Shown here in pieces: positions 38,441-52,834 of a DNA stretch of 64,000 bases. The stretch is from Schmidtea polychroa (taxonomy: Eukaryota): the NCBI GenBank assembly GCA_044892525.1, contig CM097885.1, positions 32,738,001 to 32,802,000 on the forward strand. The letters are read 5' to 3'. Every line of letters starts with the position of its first letter. Position 1 is the stretch's first letter. Made by a program: the position numbers and the translations under genes. The notes beneath the pieces are model-generated. The model saw only the letters and a list, made by a program, of their open reading frames with translations. It searched no databases and was not told where the DNA came from.

Positions 38441-39673
38441 TGAGATATACAAAATTATTATTAGTTTTCATAAAAATAATAATAAATTAAGACATTAAAA
38501 GATATATTAAATCACAGATCAATTCGATAACAATACGTCATCTATATCAATATCATTGTCATCATTGGCCTCATTGAAATCTGGACTTAGACCTCCTAAT
38601 AGTGGACGAATTTCTGAAATTACTTGATCAACATCTGGAACATCGACTCCTAAATAATGTCCATATGCGAGACTGAAATTTTTCCTCACCCATAATCGTT
38701 TGTCATCGTTGTTTGACAATGCAATCTTGGTATTTTTAAACGTAAGATGCTGGTGGTTACGCGTCTCTATTCTAGTTTGTGGCACCGTATATACTACGCT
38801 GTTGTTGTAGCAGTCTAAATAAGACTGGTGCCCTATCTCTGTCCCTATCAATTTGACTCCCTTTGCTTTTAAATGATCTTTAGCCCCTAACAAATTATAG
38901 CACTTGGGTCTTAAGAAAACCCACTCCTTATACCCGAGACCTTTACTTTCACATTTAAACTTCCTTATCACAGAATCAAGGTTTCTCGAGTATAAGGGAT
39001 GTGTTGGGTCATAGTTGCTAGTATCTAAAAGATTGTCACGAATCATTGCCGGCAAAAGAGTGTCAAGCTTACAATGCTTTATCTCTAAGAAAAAGGAGTC
39101 AGTGTCACCGGCAACGACATTTATATCACTATTAAATTCAGACCTGTACTTGGCCAATTCCACATATTGTAGTTGATACATCCTCAGTTTAGACAAATCT
39201 AACACTGTTTGACCAATATAGCTAGGCCTGTCTAAACATATTGAATCTTTATCCAGATGGGCGGCTATCAAGTCATCATCAATTTTGATAGATTTTCTGA
39301 AAGTATGTTTTGAAGCATATACAATCATCTTTTCAGCTGAATTGCATAGCCTCAAATTCATCCGTTTTTTAAGGTTTTCCACGGATTTCCCATACAGACT
39401 ATTATTAAATAATTTATATAAATCTCTGTGCAGCTCGCATGTAGAATTGGCTCTCAAATTAGTGTTTTTGTCTATGTACGATTTAAAAATGGGTGCATGC
39501 TTAAATATAATTGCTCTATGTACATTTTTAATAATAGCCCCCAATTCTATATACAACTTGAGAAGTCGCCAATGAAGAACATGGTTCTTCTTCGGCCAAT
39601 GCGTGAGCATCAGCTTCTCAACTTTAGAATTTGGTGGTCACATCTTTTCTGGAGCAATCGGAAAATCATTCAG
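32553..39673 (-). repeat. Inverted copy of the tandem-unit sequence with a ~1.95-kb internal deletion (junction ~35088-35091)
   Basis: Reverse complement of unit segments; here Bcl-2 B and PolB both continue beyond the points where the tandem units break. Confidence 0.95.
33323..34288 (-). CDS. FAF1-like UAS-UBX protein, copy 4 (inverted)
   Basis: Identical protein; one synonymous AAT/AAC difference near 33614. Confidence 0.9.
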   Translation of the reverse strand: MMENKDIFADSNEDFFKYFEKTFDKHMMTPELLKCGFEEAFLKTLANGARTMKPFIIYMHDSNNDNHEIFFMKNVCNEIICEYLLEENWPIWPIDISDIKTKNEFFNLIDSRLYTNRMFSYKLPMLLMCTKQGICEFIQTYMCSEDPMIIVGQIFDAGGEFKIEKELQISIANSRRDKSLLMKKKKQAILEKERESQILQQNIMLEEQKRIERENQRLIEESNRNNLIEFAKNQIVDVSPSSNNFTFRIRLPNQQTIVREFGESQTVNDLLYFIESNNYLRSEVKVMFSYPTRNMCEIGDVSIKLKDSGANRREVINILKL

Positions 39674-42494
39674 AAACTCATGCAAACAATCAGGTATATC
39701 AATATCAACCTCCATAGTATAGCCATATGGAAGGATTTCAATATTTTCATTCATAAATTCATTCAAGACAGAATCAAGATCATCATACACCCATTCAAAG
39801 TCAGCATAAGGCAGATTTTGGCTTAAGGCTCAACCATACAAGTTATTAATATCAATATACAAGAGTTCTGTGCCTTCAGAACTTACAACATAATGTTTGT
39901 TAACAAATGTTAACCCACCCCGTATCCATCCTTCATAGAAATTAAACATTTCCATGTTCTGCAAAAGTTCTATAGGTTCCGTTAATGTCATAAGCGCAGA
40001 GGCCCATGACATACCGGGAATGCCATAGAAATTAAGAGGCTCAAGACCATTATATGCAATGGCCTTTTCATGGAATTGTTGAAAATAGTCTGCGAGGAGA
40101 AACACGTCTAATTTAAGGTAGATTAACATGTAATCTAACATGTTGTTGCAGTTTTGCTGAGTCCAAATAACTTGGGCTAATGCATACTCATCATTAGACA
40201 CAGAATCCCAGATCGGAGGTAGTTCAAGAGTCGATTTCAGAACCTCAAGCGATGTAGCAAAGTCATAAGGAAAGATACCTTTGGATCGAACAATTGCGCC
40301 ATCAAAAACAGAAGAAGTTAAAGGCAGATCGGAAAGAGTCTTAACCGCTTTTGCTAAAGATGAATTAACAAACTGCATGCTGTCAATAAAACGAACAAGC
40401 AATTTGTTAATGTACGCGATGAGGGAGATGAATTTCTCAGTAGTGGTCGGAATAATATTTAATTCCCAAGAAGGAAAATTATTCAAACCGTACTTCAAAA
40501 TATGATGGAGATCATACCCCCTCAAATTGTGAAAAACAACAGATAACTGTTTCTGAATTCGCCGAGACACATTACATTTCCTACAAGCAGCACCGAGATA
40601 CTTACCTGTGAAGTGGCAATGGTCTCTAACTCTATCTCTAATGAATTTTTTACAAAGGTAACAGGTTCTGGAATCTCTATATGCCCGCTGTTGAACGAAA
40701 GACAAGGTTTGCATGGGCTTTTTCCCATTAATTTCGTAATATGGCAGGACAATTGTGACAGCAATTTCTTCCACCTTACGCAAGAAAGACAACACACAAT
40801 CATCACCTACAAACTCATAATAAAATCTAGTGTTATTATAATTATTAATTAATAACATGCCTGCTGTTATTGGTAAGTGCTTTTGATGGTGTATTATATC
40901 CTCGGGTAAAATTGCCTCAAAATCGGCATATATCACGAATGGCGGGGTGATTGTCTTCGCATAATTTTGAAAAATTAAATTTTTCTCTTTAGGTAGGGTA
41001 TATAAAGTAGTACCTATCTGGTTCTTACTGCATAGTGCAACATGTACGTTAAATGCTTTTTCATGTCGAAAACCATTGAGAAAATGGGGACACCAGTTCA
41101 CTCTAATCCAAAGGCTGCAGGAGCTACTGGGATGTGAGTTCATTAATTTTTGTAAGTTAAAAACTGCGGTATAATGAAAATTATCACCTTCTTCCAATAA
41201 AAGTAAGTATATGGGTTCACCACCTATAACCTTAGATCGGTGAATAATATCTAAATGAGGATGATGTGGAATATAATTATCATCAATTACATTTTCATAA
41301 GGCTTACCTGGAGTCTTTTTATAAATTAAAACATTTATTGATAAATTTAAATCCTTATTTTTCCTTTCAAATTTAGGGATATCACATAATTTCATTGGGC
41401 AATCGGAAATGGGGTCAAAATTTAACTCGTCAAGATAATTTTCATAGGAACTAACTCTATTTCTATTTATATGTACAACATTACGTTTTAAAAGTGCTAA
41501 AATACTATATATAAAGCACATATCGTCGGTGTTTTAGACGTTTACTATTGCTTTTTTTGAATTTAAAGCCGCTGGGGTGGGGATATAACTATGTTCAGCT
41601 AACCTATTCATATGGGTAAATTTTATTAATATAAAATCTATCTCTTTGATTTTAACCACCCGCCATCCGCTACCCAAATATGTGAATTTTTCTATTTTCT
41701 CATTTAACTTAGTGATACCCTCTACTAGAAAATTATCTGAAAAAACCTCTGCATTATTAGAGAAAAAATTATCTCTAATTTCCCCATCTTTCTCAAACTG
41801 GATTAAAACGGTGAACTGAATTTTAACTGTGTCCATACCGTTTAGTTCGGTAATTAATTTATTTGTCATCTTATTTGTAATGAAAACTTGTACCAAGTTA
41901 TCCATATTCCATATTAAATCATAAATTCTTTCTAGTCCCCTTAAAATCTATCTCAATTTCAGGTTCATCGTCTATATCGATCGAACCGCCTATCTTATTA
42001 TTTACTGAACCACCTATTTGAATATTATTTAAATCACTTATTTGATCTATTTTTGTAATTTTAGAGGGGACACAAGACCCAAAACTAACAGCAGGCTATT
42101 TATTATTATTTAGAATATTATTTATTTTTGTATTTTGATTCGTATTTAGATTAGTATTATTTACATTATTATTTACATGTTTTGTATTATAATTATAATT
42201 TATAGGTTTTGTATTTATGTGTTTTGTAGTATTATGTATTGATTGTTGTATTTTGATAAACAATTTCTTTTTATTTAAAGAAAACAGATTTAAATGTGAT
42301 TTGTGAATATTATAAAACTCTATATATTTAATGCTGTGGGAAGTCTCGCATATTGGACATATAAAGTAGTTGATGCCATTGAATCTATGACCGTAGTATT
42401 TTTTCATATTTTTATGGCATATATTTGTGTGATCATTTGATGACATGCAGTAGCGTGGGTATAATTTACCTGATAAATTATAAATATATATCAA
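38519..42494 (-). pseudogene. polB: Full-length Polinton/Maverick-type protein-primed DNA polymerase B, disrupted
   Basis: ORFs 41534-41905, 39830-41521 and 38519-39610 share a frame, separated by stops at 41534, 39830 and ~39638; ORF 42096-42494 joins via two stops and a frameshift near 41905. Motifs GSGW, IYADFE, DHCHFTG (endonuclease VII), FHNLRGYD, YLKLDV, YIDINNLYG, KLFNNSLYGK, GDTDS. Confidence 0.95.
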
Positions 42495-42696
42495 ATATAT
42501 TAATAGATTTAAATATTAATAGTTAATTGCATTTATATTTAATGTCTTTATTAACAATTCTTAAGCCGTTTTTATCGCATAATAATTATAAAACGGAATA
42601 ATAATCGGAATACATATATAATTTATTTTAATATAATTTTTATCAGAGGTATAAAATATGGGAGGTATGAAATCATAAATATTATTATCATTGTTA

Positions 42697-42780
<84 letters not shown>

Positions 42781-42884
42781 TTAATATTACTTTTTTTTTA
42801 ATATTATTATTAGAGAGAGTAGTTGCGTGCTCAACGCAAACTATGTTTGACAATTAATATTTTTAAAGTATTATTTCTATTCAT

Positions 42885-43310
42885 TTATTATTTTCATAAC
42901 AACTTATTAATTTCAACATCATTTTCAGGAACATATTCATATTTGTCATAATTTTCAGATTTTTCATAATTATTTTCAGAAAACTTTCATAATTTTCAGG
43001 AACATTTCATGATTTTCAACCTTTTCATAATTATTTTCATAAACATTTTCATATTTTTCATAATTTCAAACATTTTCATTATAATTTCAGTAACATCTTC
43101 ATAATTTTCAGATTTTTCATAATTAATTTCAGAGACATTTTCATAATTTATACGTGGTTATCATCATTTTCAATATTTTCAACATTTTCATAATTTTTTT
43201 CAGAAAACCTTTCATATTTTTCAACATTTTCATAATAATTTCAGGAACATTTTCATCATTTTCAGCATTTTCATAATTATTTCCAGAAACATTTTCATAA
43301 TTTATACGTT
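42885..43310. repeat. Degenerate ATTTTCAT/TATGAAAAT minisatellite
   Basis: Many imperfect ~9-bp units; minus strand reads NYENV-like repeats with frameshifts. Confidence 0.85.
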
Positions 43311-43377
43311 GTTATTAAACAAAATTAATTATCAAACACAATTTTTAATTAATTTTAAAAATAATAATAAAATATAA

Positions 43378-43875
43378 CTAACATTTTGATTCTATATCGG
43401 AATCATCCTCAGATTCATCTCCATAAGAAACGGAGGCATGATTAATTTCCTCCTCAATAGACGTGAGGGCATATTCATCAGAAACAACATTAATATTTGG
43501 GGCATATTCAACATTTGAGGTATCATCACCTTAAGTTTTTGTAATTCATTAATTAAATAAAATAAATTTACCCATTGATTCCATGATAATATCTCGGGTA
43601 TTGTCCTCAATAACATTTTCACCGTCATTAATATGCTGATCAACTAAATAATTTTATTTTCAATAAAATTTTAAAAAGAAATTTACTTAATAAAAGATCT
43701 TCTTCATCGTCACTAATAATAATTGGCAGATCTTGATTATAGTTGTCGGCCTCGGTGACTTCATACCATAAATTCTCTAAAATAATAAATAATAATAATA
43801 ATAATAAAAATAAAATAATTTACCGTTTTCTCCTGCCAACATGGCGCGTAAAATATTATCTAATTCACTGTCCAT
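43378..43875 (-). CDS. Four-exon small acidic protein gene (exons 43875-43824, 43776-43687, 43643-43572, 43529-43378)
   Basis: Three GTAAAT...AG introns of 47, 43 and 42 nt, all phase 1, keep one open frame MDSELDNILRAMLAGENENLWYEV...DESEDDSDIESKC*. Confidence 0.75.
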
Positions 43876-44179
43876 TTTTAATCGAAAGTTTTTAGTCGAA
43901 AATTTGTAAAATTTAAAAATAATTGTGACGATTTTGGAAATTGTAACTGCTTATAAAGAAAATGATTATTTTACGGTCCAATCAAAATCAAAGAAAGGAT
44001 AGGAAAAAGAATAAATACATTACGTTGCGGTATTTTAAAACTTAAATATATTTTAAAAACACATTTTGACACTAAAGTTGACTTATTTAAAATTTTCAAA
44101 ATCGTCACAATTATTTTCAATATTTTCATGATTTTCAATATTTTCATGATTGTTTTCTTCAAAATCTTATTTTATTTAC

Positions 44180-44181
44180 AA

Positions 44182-44220
<39 letters not shown>

Positions 44221-44289
44221 ATTATTATTATTTTTATTTTTTATATTATTATTATTATTTTATTATTATTATTAATACTATTAATATTA

Positions 44290-44327
<38 letters not shown>

Positions 44328-44524
44328 TTTATTTTTATTATTTATAATCTTATTATTATTATTTTAATTATTTATATTATTATTATTATTTTATTATTAT
44401 TATTATTAATATTATTAATATTATTTTTATTATTATCATTATTTTTATTTTATTTTTTTTATTATTTCTATTTTTATTATCATTATTATTATTTTTATTA
44501 TTATTATTTTTATTATTATTTTTA
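44180..44524. repeat. Degenerate (TAT)n tract
   Basis: Low-complexity run. Confidence 0.93.
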
Positions 44525-45073
44525 TTAGGGATATCACATAATTTCATTGGGCAATAGGAAATGGGGTCAAAATTTAACTCGTCAAGATAATTTTCATAGG
44601 AATTAACTCTATTTCTATTTATATGTACAACATTACGTTTTAAAAGTGCTAAAATACTATATATAAAGCACATATCGTCGGTGTTTTTGACGTTTACTAT
44701 TGCTTTTTTAGAATTTAAAGCCGCTGGGGTGGGGATATAACTATGTTCAGCTAACCTATTCATATGGGTAAATTTTATTAATATAAAATCTATCTCTTTG
44801 ATTTTAACCACCCGCCATCCGCTACCCAAATATGTGAATTTTTCTATTTTCTCATTTAACTTAGTGATACCCTCTACTAGAAAATTATCTGAAAAAACCT
44901 CTGCATTATTAGAGAAAAAATTATCTCTAATTTCCCCATCTTTTTCAAACTGGATTAAAACGGTGAACTGAATTTTAACTGTGTCATCTTATTTGTAATG
45001 AAAACTTGTACCAAGTTATCTTTTTCCATATTAAATCATAAATTCTTTCTAGTCCCCTTAAAATCTATCTCAA
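44525..45073 (-). pseudogene. Duplicated N-terminal PolB fragment
   Basis: Copy of ~41373-41955 with a small deletion; reads NVKNTDDMCF where the main copy has a stop. Confidence 0.9.
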
Positions 45074-45516
45074 CAGACAATTGTGCGAGAATTCGGAGAA
45101 TCACAAACTGTGAATGACTTACTCTACTTTATTGAATCGAATAATTATTTGAGATCGGAAGTCAAAGTTGTTTTCTTATCCGACCAGAAACATGTGCGAG
45201 ATCGGTGACGTTTCGATCAAATTGAAAAATTCAGGAGCAAACAGACGAGAAGTCATCAACATTCTCAAGCTCTAGTAATGTTCATTTTCAATAATTGTTC
45301 GCAAATATTTTTCTTTGAAAGAAAAGCTTAACTATTATTCCCATTAATTATGATTATAATTTATAAAACTTTACTTTTTCAAAATAATTTCCTTGAAATT
45401 TTGTTAATTTGTTATCATTAATTATGATTATAATTCAGTTTAAAATAAGTAGTTAGTGGTCTTGCCCCTTCTCTGGGGAAATCAGTGTCAATGTATAACA
45501 CTGATTATAGTGAGTG
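45071..45516 (+). pseudogene. 3' fragment of the UBX gene and its downstream flank
   Basis: Matches from ~12391 onward, with a 2-bp deletion in the coding part. Confidence 0.9.
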
Positions 45517-47883
45517 ATCAGAAAGATGTTCTAAATTCGTTACTTCACTTTGGGAGAGTTATCTTTCTCACGATATAAGTTACCTTACCATCTCACCTTC
45601 TCAATCACAAATTGTGAACCGAGAATATATAAAGTGAACCCAAACAACAAAAATTTCCAGATTTGACTGAAAATAGTCGAGTGCAAATTTAATATTTAGT
45701 AATCATACTCCATGTTGGTTAATTATCCTTGTGACGACTTAACCTAATCTTGTATAAAATTATGGAATTCAACATTTTTCATTACATTTAGATATAAAAA
45801 AAAGATTTAAAACTTTTATTGTAAAACAATATTTTTGAAGATTGCTCTTAAATTTAAAAAGCATTTTATTTTTTTTAAATTTCCATTTTTTTTAAAAGCT
45901 TTCCTAATCTGAGTTTGAAAAAGCCTGTCTGACCGCAACTTCCGGTTTGGCTGATGAATTTGTCACCGAAATTACCATTGATCTCAACAAACTTATTTAA
46001 TAATATTTATAATTTGAAAAAAGTATAAAAGTTTAAAAGTTTATCTTACAAAACCGATCTGAATTATTTTGTTTTAATGTTGATGCAATACTTTTCTCCT
46101 CAAATTTTACATTTACAAATAGATCTTAAATGTATTGAAATATTTAATTAGGCCTTTGTCAAAAATAATTGCTCATTTTTGTAGAATTAAACAGTTGGAC
46201 AAAAGTCTTGGGTGAAAGTATTTTGTTTAATATAAAGAATAGTAAAACAAAAACAAAAACAAAAATCAATTTTCAAAAATTAATTTTTTCCGATTTTATA
46301 AATAAATGCCGAGTTATAAATTTTATTTTTAATTATAAATTACTTTACGGTAGATTATAAATTTTATTGTTTTACTATTCTTTATTTATTTCATTCTTTT
46401 TACTGTCCAGTAAAACATCGATGCATTATCAAAATTAATTTAATATATATTAGCAATTATCATAAATGGCTTCTTATAGTAATCCTCCTTTTTTGCAAAG
46501 TAAAATTTATATCCAGATTTGCTTTTCAATACAAGATTAAAACAGAATTAAAATGGTATTTGAAATGTTAAAAAACTATTCCGCTCTTTATATTCATTCT
46601 AAAATCTCCATATAAACCATTAATTTATAGAGTTGAACATGTCCATTTATATATAGAAAACTTTTTATTTTCCTTAGATATCTTTAATAAACATTTTTAG
46701 AAGAAAATTGAATTTTATTCATAAGATGTTCCAAATATATATTATTAAGATAAAAAAATTTCCAAATAATATATGTGGAGAATTTAATTAAATATAAATA
46801 ATATCTTGAACAATATTATCATTCAGATTTAACATACCACAAACATTCAAATATCTAAATATTTATAAATACATTTTACATAATTATTGGACAATAAATT
46901 TGCATTATCTTTAACTACAAAAAACACAAAAGTTGGCTGCTCGAGCTTATCAATATTTTTAAATTTCTTGAATGGAAATTGAATGGAAAAGTGAATTTGC
47001 ATCACATTCACAATAAAGAGTTCATAAAAATTCTAAATGGATCAGATATGAAAAAGAGTAAGAAAAGGAAGAATGAAAGGAGGATTTTTAAAATACAGAA
47101 AAATTTAGAAAAGAATTTCAAGAACCTTTTCCAACACGATTGAAAAATCATATAATTATAATTTTCTCTGTATAAAATCATGAAAGAATAAAATAGAAAT
47201 ATCTTTGTTCGAACTGTCAGCCTTTCACAATAATGAATTTTTTCAAAATTTATTTGTAAATAAAAAAAAGTATTTTAAGGCTTTTGCCTGGTTAAAGAAA
47301 TTTGTAAAATTTTGATATTTACATTTATAACGATTTCTGTTTTTGTTAAAAATCTCAGTTAATTTCAATTTTCGTCATAGACTAAGTTTGAATTTCTTGT
47401 TACAAGTTGTAACTTACAACCTTAACAAGAATACTTTGAAACATTATGATAACATAGGAATATCTATTCTATAAAACACAATATTTGACCATGTCAAGTT
47501 GTCAGAAAAATTTTTAAATAATTATTTATTTATTTTATTTCAAGAATTATACGTCTTTCATCGTAACTATGGAAATTCATAAATCTGAGAAAAATTTATT
47601 TACTTACAAATAATATAAAAAATATCAATTATTTTCATTTTAATTATAAATCAATGTTTACAACTATTTCCCACAAACTTTTGTCACTGGCTATCTCAAA
47701 TAACACTTGAAAAAAGCAACTTCAAAAATATAGAAAAAAACCATTGCCTTAATTTTAAAATAAAAATAAATGAAATTTGAAAAGAACTTAAAAACAAATT
47801 ATCCTCATCATCAGTCTACCATAAAGTTCTATGTAAACAGTTAAGTACAAAAACAATAATAATGTAATAGTTATGATTTAATG

Positions 47884-48132
47884 CAGTGGTTCTTAACCTG
47901 GGGTCCATGGACCCCCAGGGGGTCCGCGAACGGGTTCCAAGTGGTCCGCGGCACTATTTACAAAAAACCTTTATTATTTTTGTTTGAAGCTGAATAAACA
48001 AATTTATAAATAATTATTAAAAAATGTTTGTGTTTTACTATCAATTTATTAATTTTTTAACATTTCAGGGGTCCGTCGGTACCAATTATATATTTATGGG
48101 GTCCATAAGTTTGAAAAGGTTAAGAACCCCTG
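47884..48132. mobile_element. hAT-type MITE, 249 bp
   Basis: TIRs CAGTGGTTCTTAACCT / AGGTTAAGAACCCCTG; 8-bp TSD ATTTAATG (47876-47883, 48133-48140); subterminal GGGGTCC repeats. Confidence 0.93.
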
Positions 48133-48175
48133 ATTTAATGAATTAATTAAATAATCTCAATACATTCGCTGCTGA

Positions 48176-48427
48176 TTGAATGTTAATTGTGGGGATTGCG
48201 AACACAGCCGATTAAAAGGTGTGAGTCACATTATTGAGCATAGGGAAATGTGTGAAGGGAAAACTAACTTAAATTTTATTTTAAACTTTAATAATAAATG
48301 GGAACGAATTTTATGTGAAGCATTGGTGATTAAATCACAATCACCCACAATTAACATGCAATCAGCAACAAATTTATTGAAATTATTTAACTCATTAAAT
48401 CATAATTATTTTTTTTTCGATATTTAA
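48176..48427 (+). pseudogene. Penelope-like retroelement GIY-YIG endonuclease C-terminal fragment
   Basis: EHSR...SHIIEHREMC...FIL...ERILCEALVIKSQSPTINMQ fits the EH...S.I..H...R.I.EAL.I...P.IN pattern. Confidence 0.7.
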
Positions 48428-48753
48428 AAAGCAAATTGATTATATAATTATTATTAGTTATTAATTATATTTTTAATATAAAGTTTTCCACATGTTTTAT
48501 ATATAAAAATTTGAATATAAAAATAGCTTTTAAGAATAGAATTATGTGTTTTGATTTATAAACTGATAGGACATAAAGATAACTAATTACACTGCCTGAC
48601 ATAAAACTCTTTTCTTGATTGAAACTAAGATTAATAAGTAGAACTTGGTTCAAGGATCAAGAAAATATATGGTTTCGATAATCCCGGACATCTTGTTATT
48701 GAGATATTTAAAAAATGTGATTTATTTAAATTAAGTATATACTTAAATATATA

Positions 48754-49489
48754 CATGATAAAAAACTATATTGTAAAATAAAAAAACTATTATATAAAAT
48801 AAAAATCTAATTTATAAAATAAAAAAACTATTTTATAAAATATAAATACTATTATATATAGACTTAATTCCACCTATCTATATAATGCAACAATCAAAAC
48901 TAACTTTTAAAAGTTTTTGTGTAAACACCAATAAATGAATTTTCAAAATAATATTTTTCTTTTTTTAAAAATGGTAATATTTTAAATTATTTTTCATTGA
49001 CTTAAAATTAATATGTTTAAAAACAGAGTTTTGATTGCATAAAATATTTTGAAAAAATATAAATTTAATTTAGTAAATTAAATTAAACATTTTTATCAAA
49101 AATTAAAATAAGTTTAATCATAAAATATCCTTTATAATTCGCTCCAATAATAACTACGGTTTTTTAAATATATAAATTTATAATTATTTTTTGGATTTTA
49201 TTAACCACAAAAAACAATAACACAATTTTATAGAATCTCTTTTTTATTTATTTATATAAACATAATATTTTTAATATCAAAAAATTAAAAAACTTTTTGT
49301 TAATTTGTTATGTAACTTCAACTTATACGATAAAAAGGATTTAATGATGTGGGTATTAAAGTGTAATTATTTTTTTATATCAATTATATTATAATCCATG
49401 TTTCTCCAATTTAGTTTTTTATTTATAAAATAGTTTTTTTTATTTTATAAAATAGTTTTTTTATTTTACAAAATAGTTTTTTTATCATG
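48754..49489. mobile_element. Foldback-like element with tandemly repetitive inverted arms
   Basis: CATGAT followed by ~20-bp AAAATAAAAAAACTATTTTAT-type units at 48754-48845; reverse complement at 49420-49489; no TSD found. Confidence 0.55.
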
Positions 49490-51056
49490 GAAATTTTATC
49501 ATATACATTATTTGAATTTCGAAAGTTGACAATATATGCTTTGCTAAACTGTGCATCAAATGAGTCGTTATATGTCAATTTGTTACCATAAAATCGGTAT
49601 TGTTTGTGGTGATTTTTAAAATCAGAATAAATATTATTAATATAAATTGAAACAAATGAAGGGGATACTTCAAATAAAAACAATACACGTTTGTCTTTGG
49701 TTGGTAAGAAACAATTGGTAATAAAGAATAGTCTATTGTAACTAAATCCCTTCCGCCACAACACCTTAATCCATTTCTTAGAAATCTTGGTATTCCCAAA
49801 ACTGGGGCAATGCTAATAGGATCAATGTTACGTGATTTTGGCGTCTTTGATACAAATTTCTATTCACAAGACCCATAAATAAAGAATTCATGAAATTCTT
49901 CAACCTAGATGTCATTCATGAAATAAACTGGTAGGTGTTTGTAGACGGGAGTGTTTCTAGCATCAAAGCAGCTTAAAATCTACATCCATTCATGTGGTAT
50001 ATTCACGAAATATTAAGAAGAGACATGAAAACCACCGAATTAAAACGGAACAACTTTTCAACACTAAATTAGATCTCTGAAAGTTTCATAATAATTAATT
50101 CGAACAAGTGAAATATTTCTAAAAATGAAATTAAATTTTTGACTTAAATTGACAAATTCGAAATTTCCTTATTTGCAAAAATTTGTTTTAAATAATAAAA
50201 GATTAAAACAATGTTTTTCTTAATCATAAATCAAAACATTAAAGTTTGAAAATTCGATTTAATTTTACAAATAGACAATTAATATAATTAGAAAAGAAAA
50301 GAATTCCAAAAGAAATCCAAATGGGAAATGTTTTCTGTGAATTTAAATCTCAAAAATGTTAATATTATAAGTGGGAAAATTTCTTGTTTTGCATATTTTC
50401 ATTTGATTTCTACTCTACTGTAAAAAAAACTGAGAATGCAATCCAAAGATTTTAAATAAATATTTAATTATTTAAACAAAATTGGTTATCCTAGACAGTT
50501 GGATTTGAATTTTTTATTATCACTAACATACAATTTGTTATATTTACACAATTGAGTATAAATAGTCCTTAGCAGTTCATATTTCTTTTCTCATTTGTTT
50601 GTTTCTCTATTTGTTTATCATCTATAAAGTTATAATGTAAATATAACTTTTTATTGGTTAGTAGTTTCATTTTATTTAATTTTCTAATTTTCAGTGCTTA
50701 TAACAATTAAATTTTTCTATAATTTTTTATGTTAACATTTGTGTTTTTTACATTATGTCAAATGTAATGATTTTAAATAATTTGTTTAGACAATTAATAA
50801 ATTTATTGCACTAGTTCATGTTGAATAATCTGCTATATTGTATGGTTGACTATTTTACTGAGAAGGATAAGTAGAAGGGAAAATATTTTTTGGGGTGGTA
50901 CAAAAACCATTCTTTTAATTATTTCAATATTAAGCATCAATAATTTATTAATTTTTTGACTTCCATTTAAAAAATTCCTTAATTTATTTTGAAGGAACAA
51001 AGGTCTTTTTTTACACTAAAATGTTTGACATATATTTAATATTTTAAACAACAACC

Positions 51057-51298
<242 letters not shown>

Positions 51299-52834
51299 AC
51301 ATAAATACACACAAGATCTATTGTCATTAAAATATTTATATGAAAATTATTGAATTAAAAAAAAGATTAAAGGTGAAACAAAAAGAAAAGTAAAACTATG
51401 CTTTAGTCAATGAATTTTGTCACAAACCCTTGAATTTTTGAGTATTTATCCATAGGAAATGGATTCCTAATAACACTGAGTTAATAAATTATCCCATGCC
51501 CATTAAATTTTTATCTCTAAAATTTATCACAGTTTTATTTGTTGACTTAGATATAACGACCTGAATTAACTCTGCCAGCCAAATTTTCGATTCTTTTTTG
51601 ACAAAAAACTTTACATAAAAGTTTGTGACTTTGTCTTGGATGGTAATTGCTTTTTCAGTTCTTCCTATCGCGTAAAATTGTACGTGAAAAGACAGTAAAA
51701 AAAGTTCTTATAATATTTATATATTTCCGAGAAACTCTATATATTTTTAATTAATTTTTTCTGCATTGACCCCTACGCGATTTTATGATTGTGTTTCATA
51801 GAATCAAAAACATTTTTTACTTTCCAAAGATGCTTGCTTAGTAATTTATTTTACCAAGTATATTTGAATCCAAAAAGGCAATCTGGAAGATATACCAAAG
51901 TCATCATACTTGATATCAGAGTTTCCGATTGAGTCTGAAACTGAAGCAAGAAAGATTCTAATTACCTTTGTTATATAAAAAAAATTATATTCGTTACATC
52001 ATAATCCAATATCATCATTATTGTCATAAGAAATAATGAATTCTAATAAAAAGTAATAAAGAAATAATGCATTTTATTGGGACCCGTGTATTCAATTGCG
52101 CTTCCTATTATGAGCTTCGAATCATAGACAATTAATTTTCTTTTAAATTGTATCAAATTCGTGTCAATTGACATAGCCATTTCAATTATAAAGCCATTTA
52201 ATTTATTAATTAAAGATGTGGAAACGTCAACAGATTTTAAATTTAAATGAGAAACATTTATTTTAACTATTGCGTGCGATTTATTTGAATCAAAATTAAC
52301 AATAGGTGCAATCGATCCATCATATTGATTAACCCTACACTGCATGACTTTTTATATTTGATAGGAAAGTACTTTGTACACTTTCACTTAAACTGTAAGA
52401 CGTTTTAAAAATTGATTTGGTAATACAAAACTATTGAGAAATACATTACGGTTTTTTTGTATTATATTGCAAATATAGCCAATACAATGTAATATGAGAG
52501 AACATTTACCGAGTACAAGAGCGAGATAATTGTGTATCACCAGTGATACAATATGCAGTGTAGGGTTAATAATAGGTATATCCGAATGAGAGATGTTAGA
52601 AATTTCATTGTTATTTTGTAATAAATTATCATCAGAGTCAGAAAGAATTTCAACCGAATTATCATCAGAAATGTAGATAACTTCATTTAATTTTGCAGTT
52701 TTAGAAGGATGAGAGTTACTGATATTATTATTTTTTATTATTATTATTCTTCCTCATTTTGCATTTATCTAAGTAAGCCACCGATATGACTGAAATTGTT
52801 TCAATTAATGGTTTGTGTGCAGACGAGTCTTTGA

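Noticed and set aside
49423..50000. Short minus-strand ORFs that might be a host exon or element fragment
   Set aside because: No recognisable domain or consistent splice pattern.
52043..52345. 100-aa ORF near the capsid fragments
   Set aside because: Possibly decayed Polinton coding sequence, but I recognise no motif.
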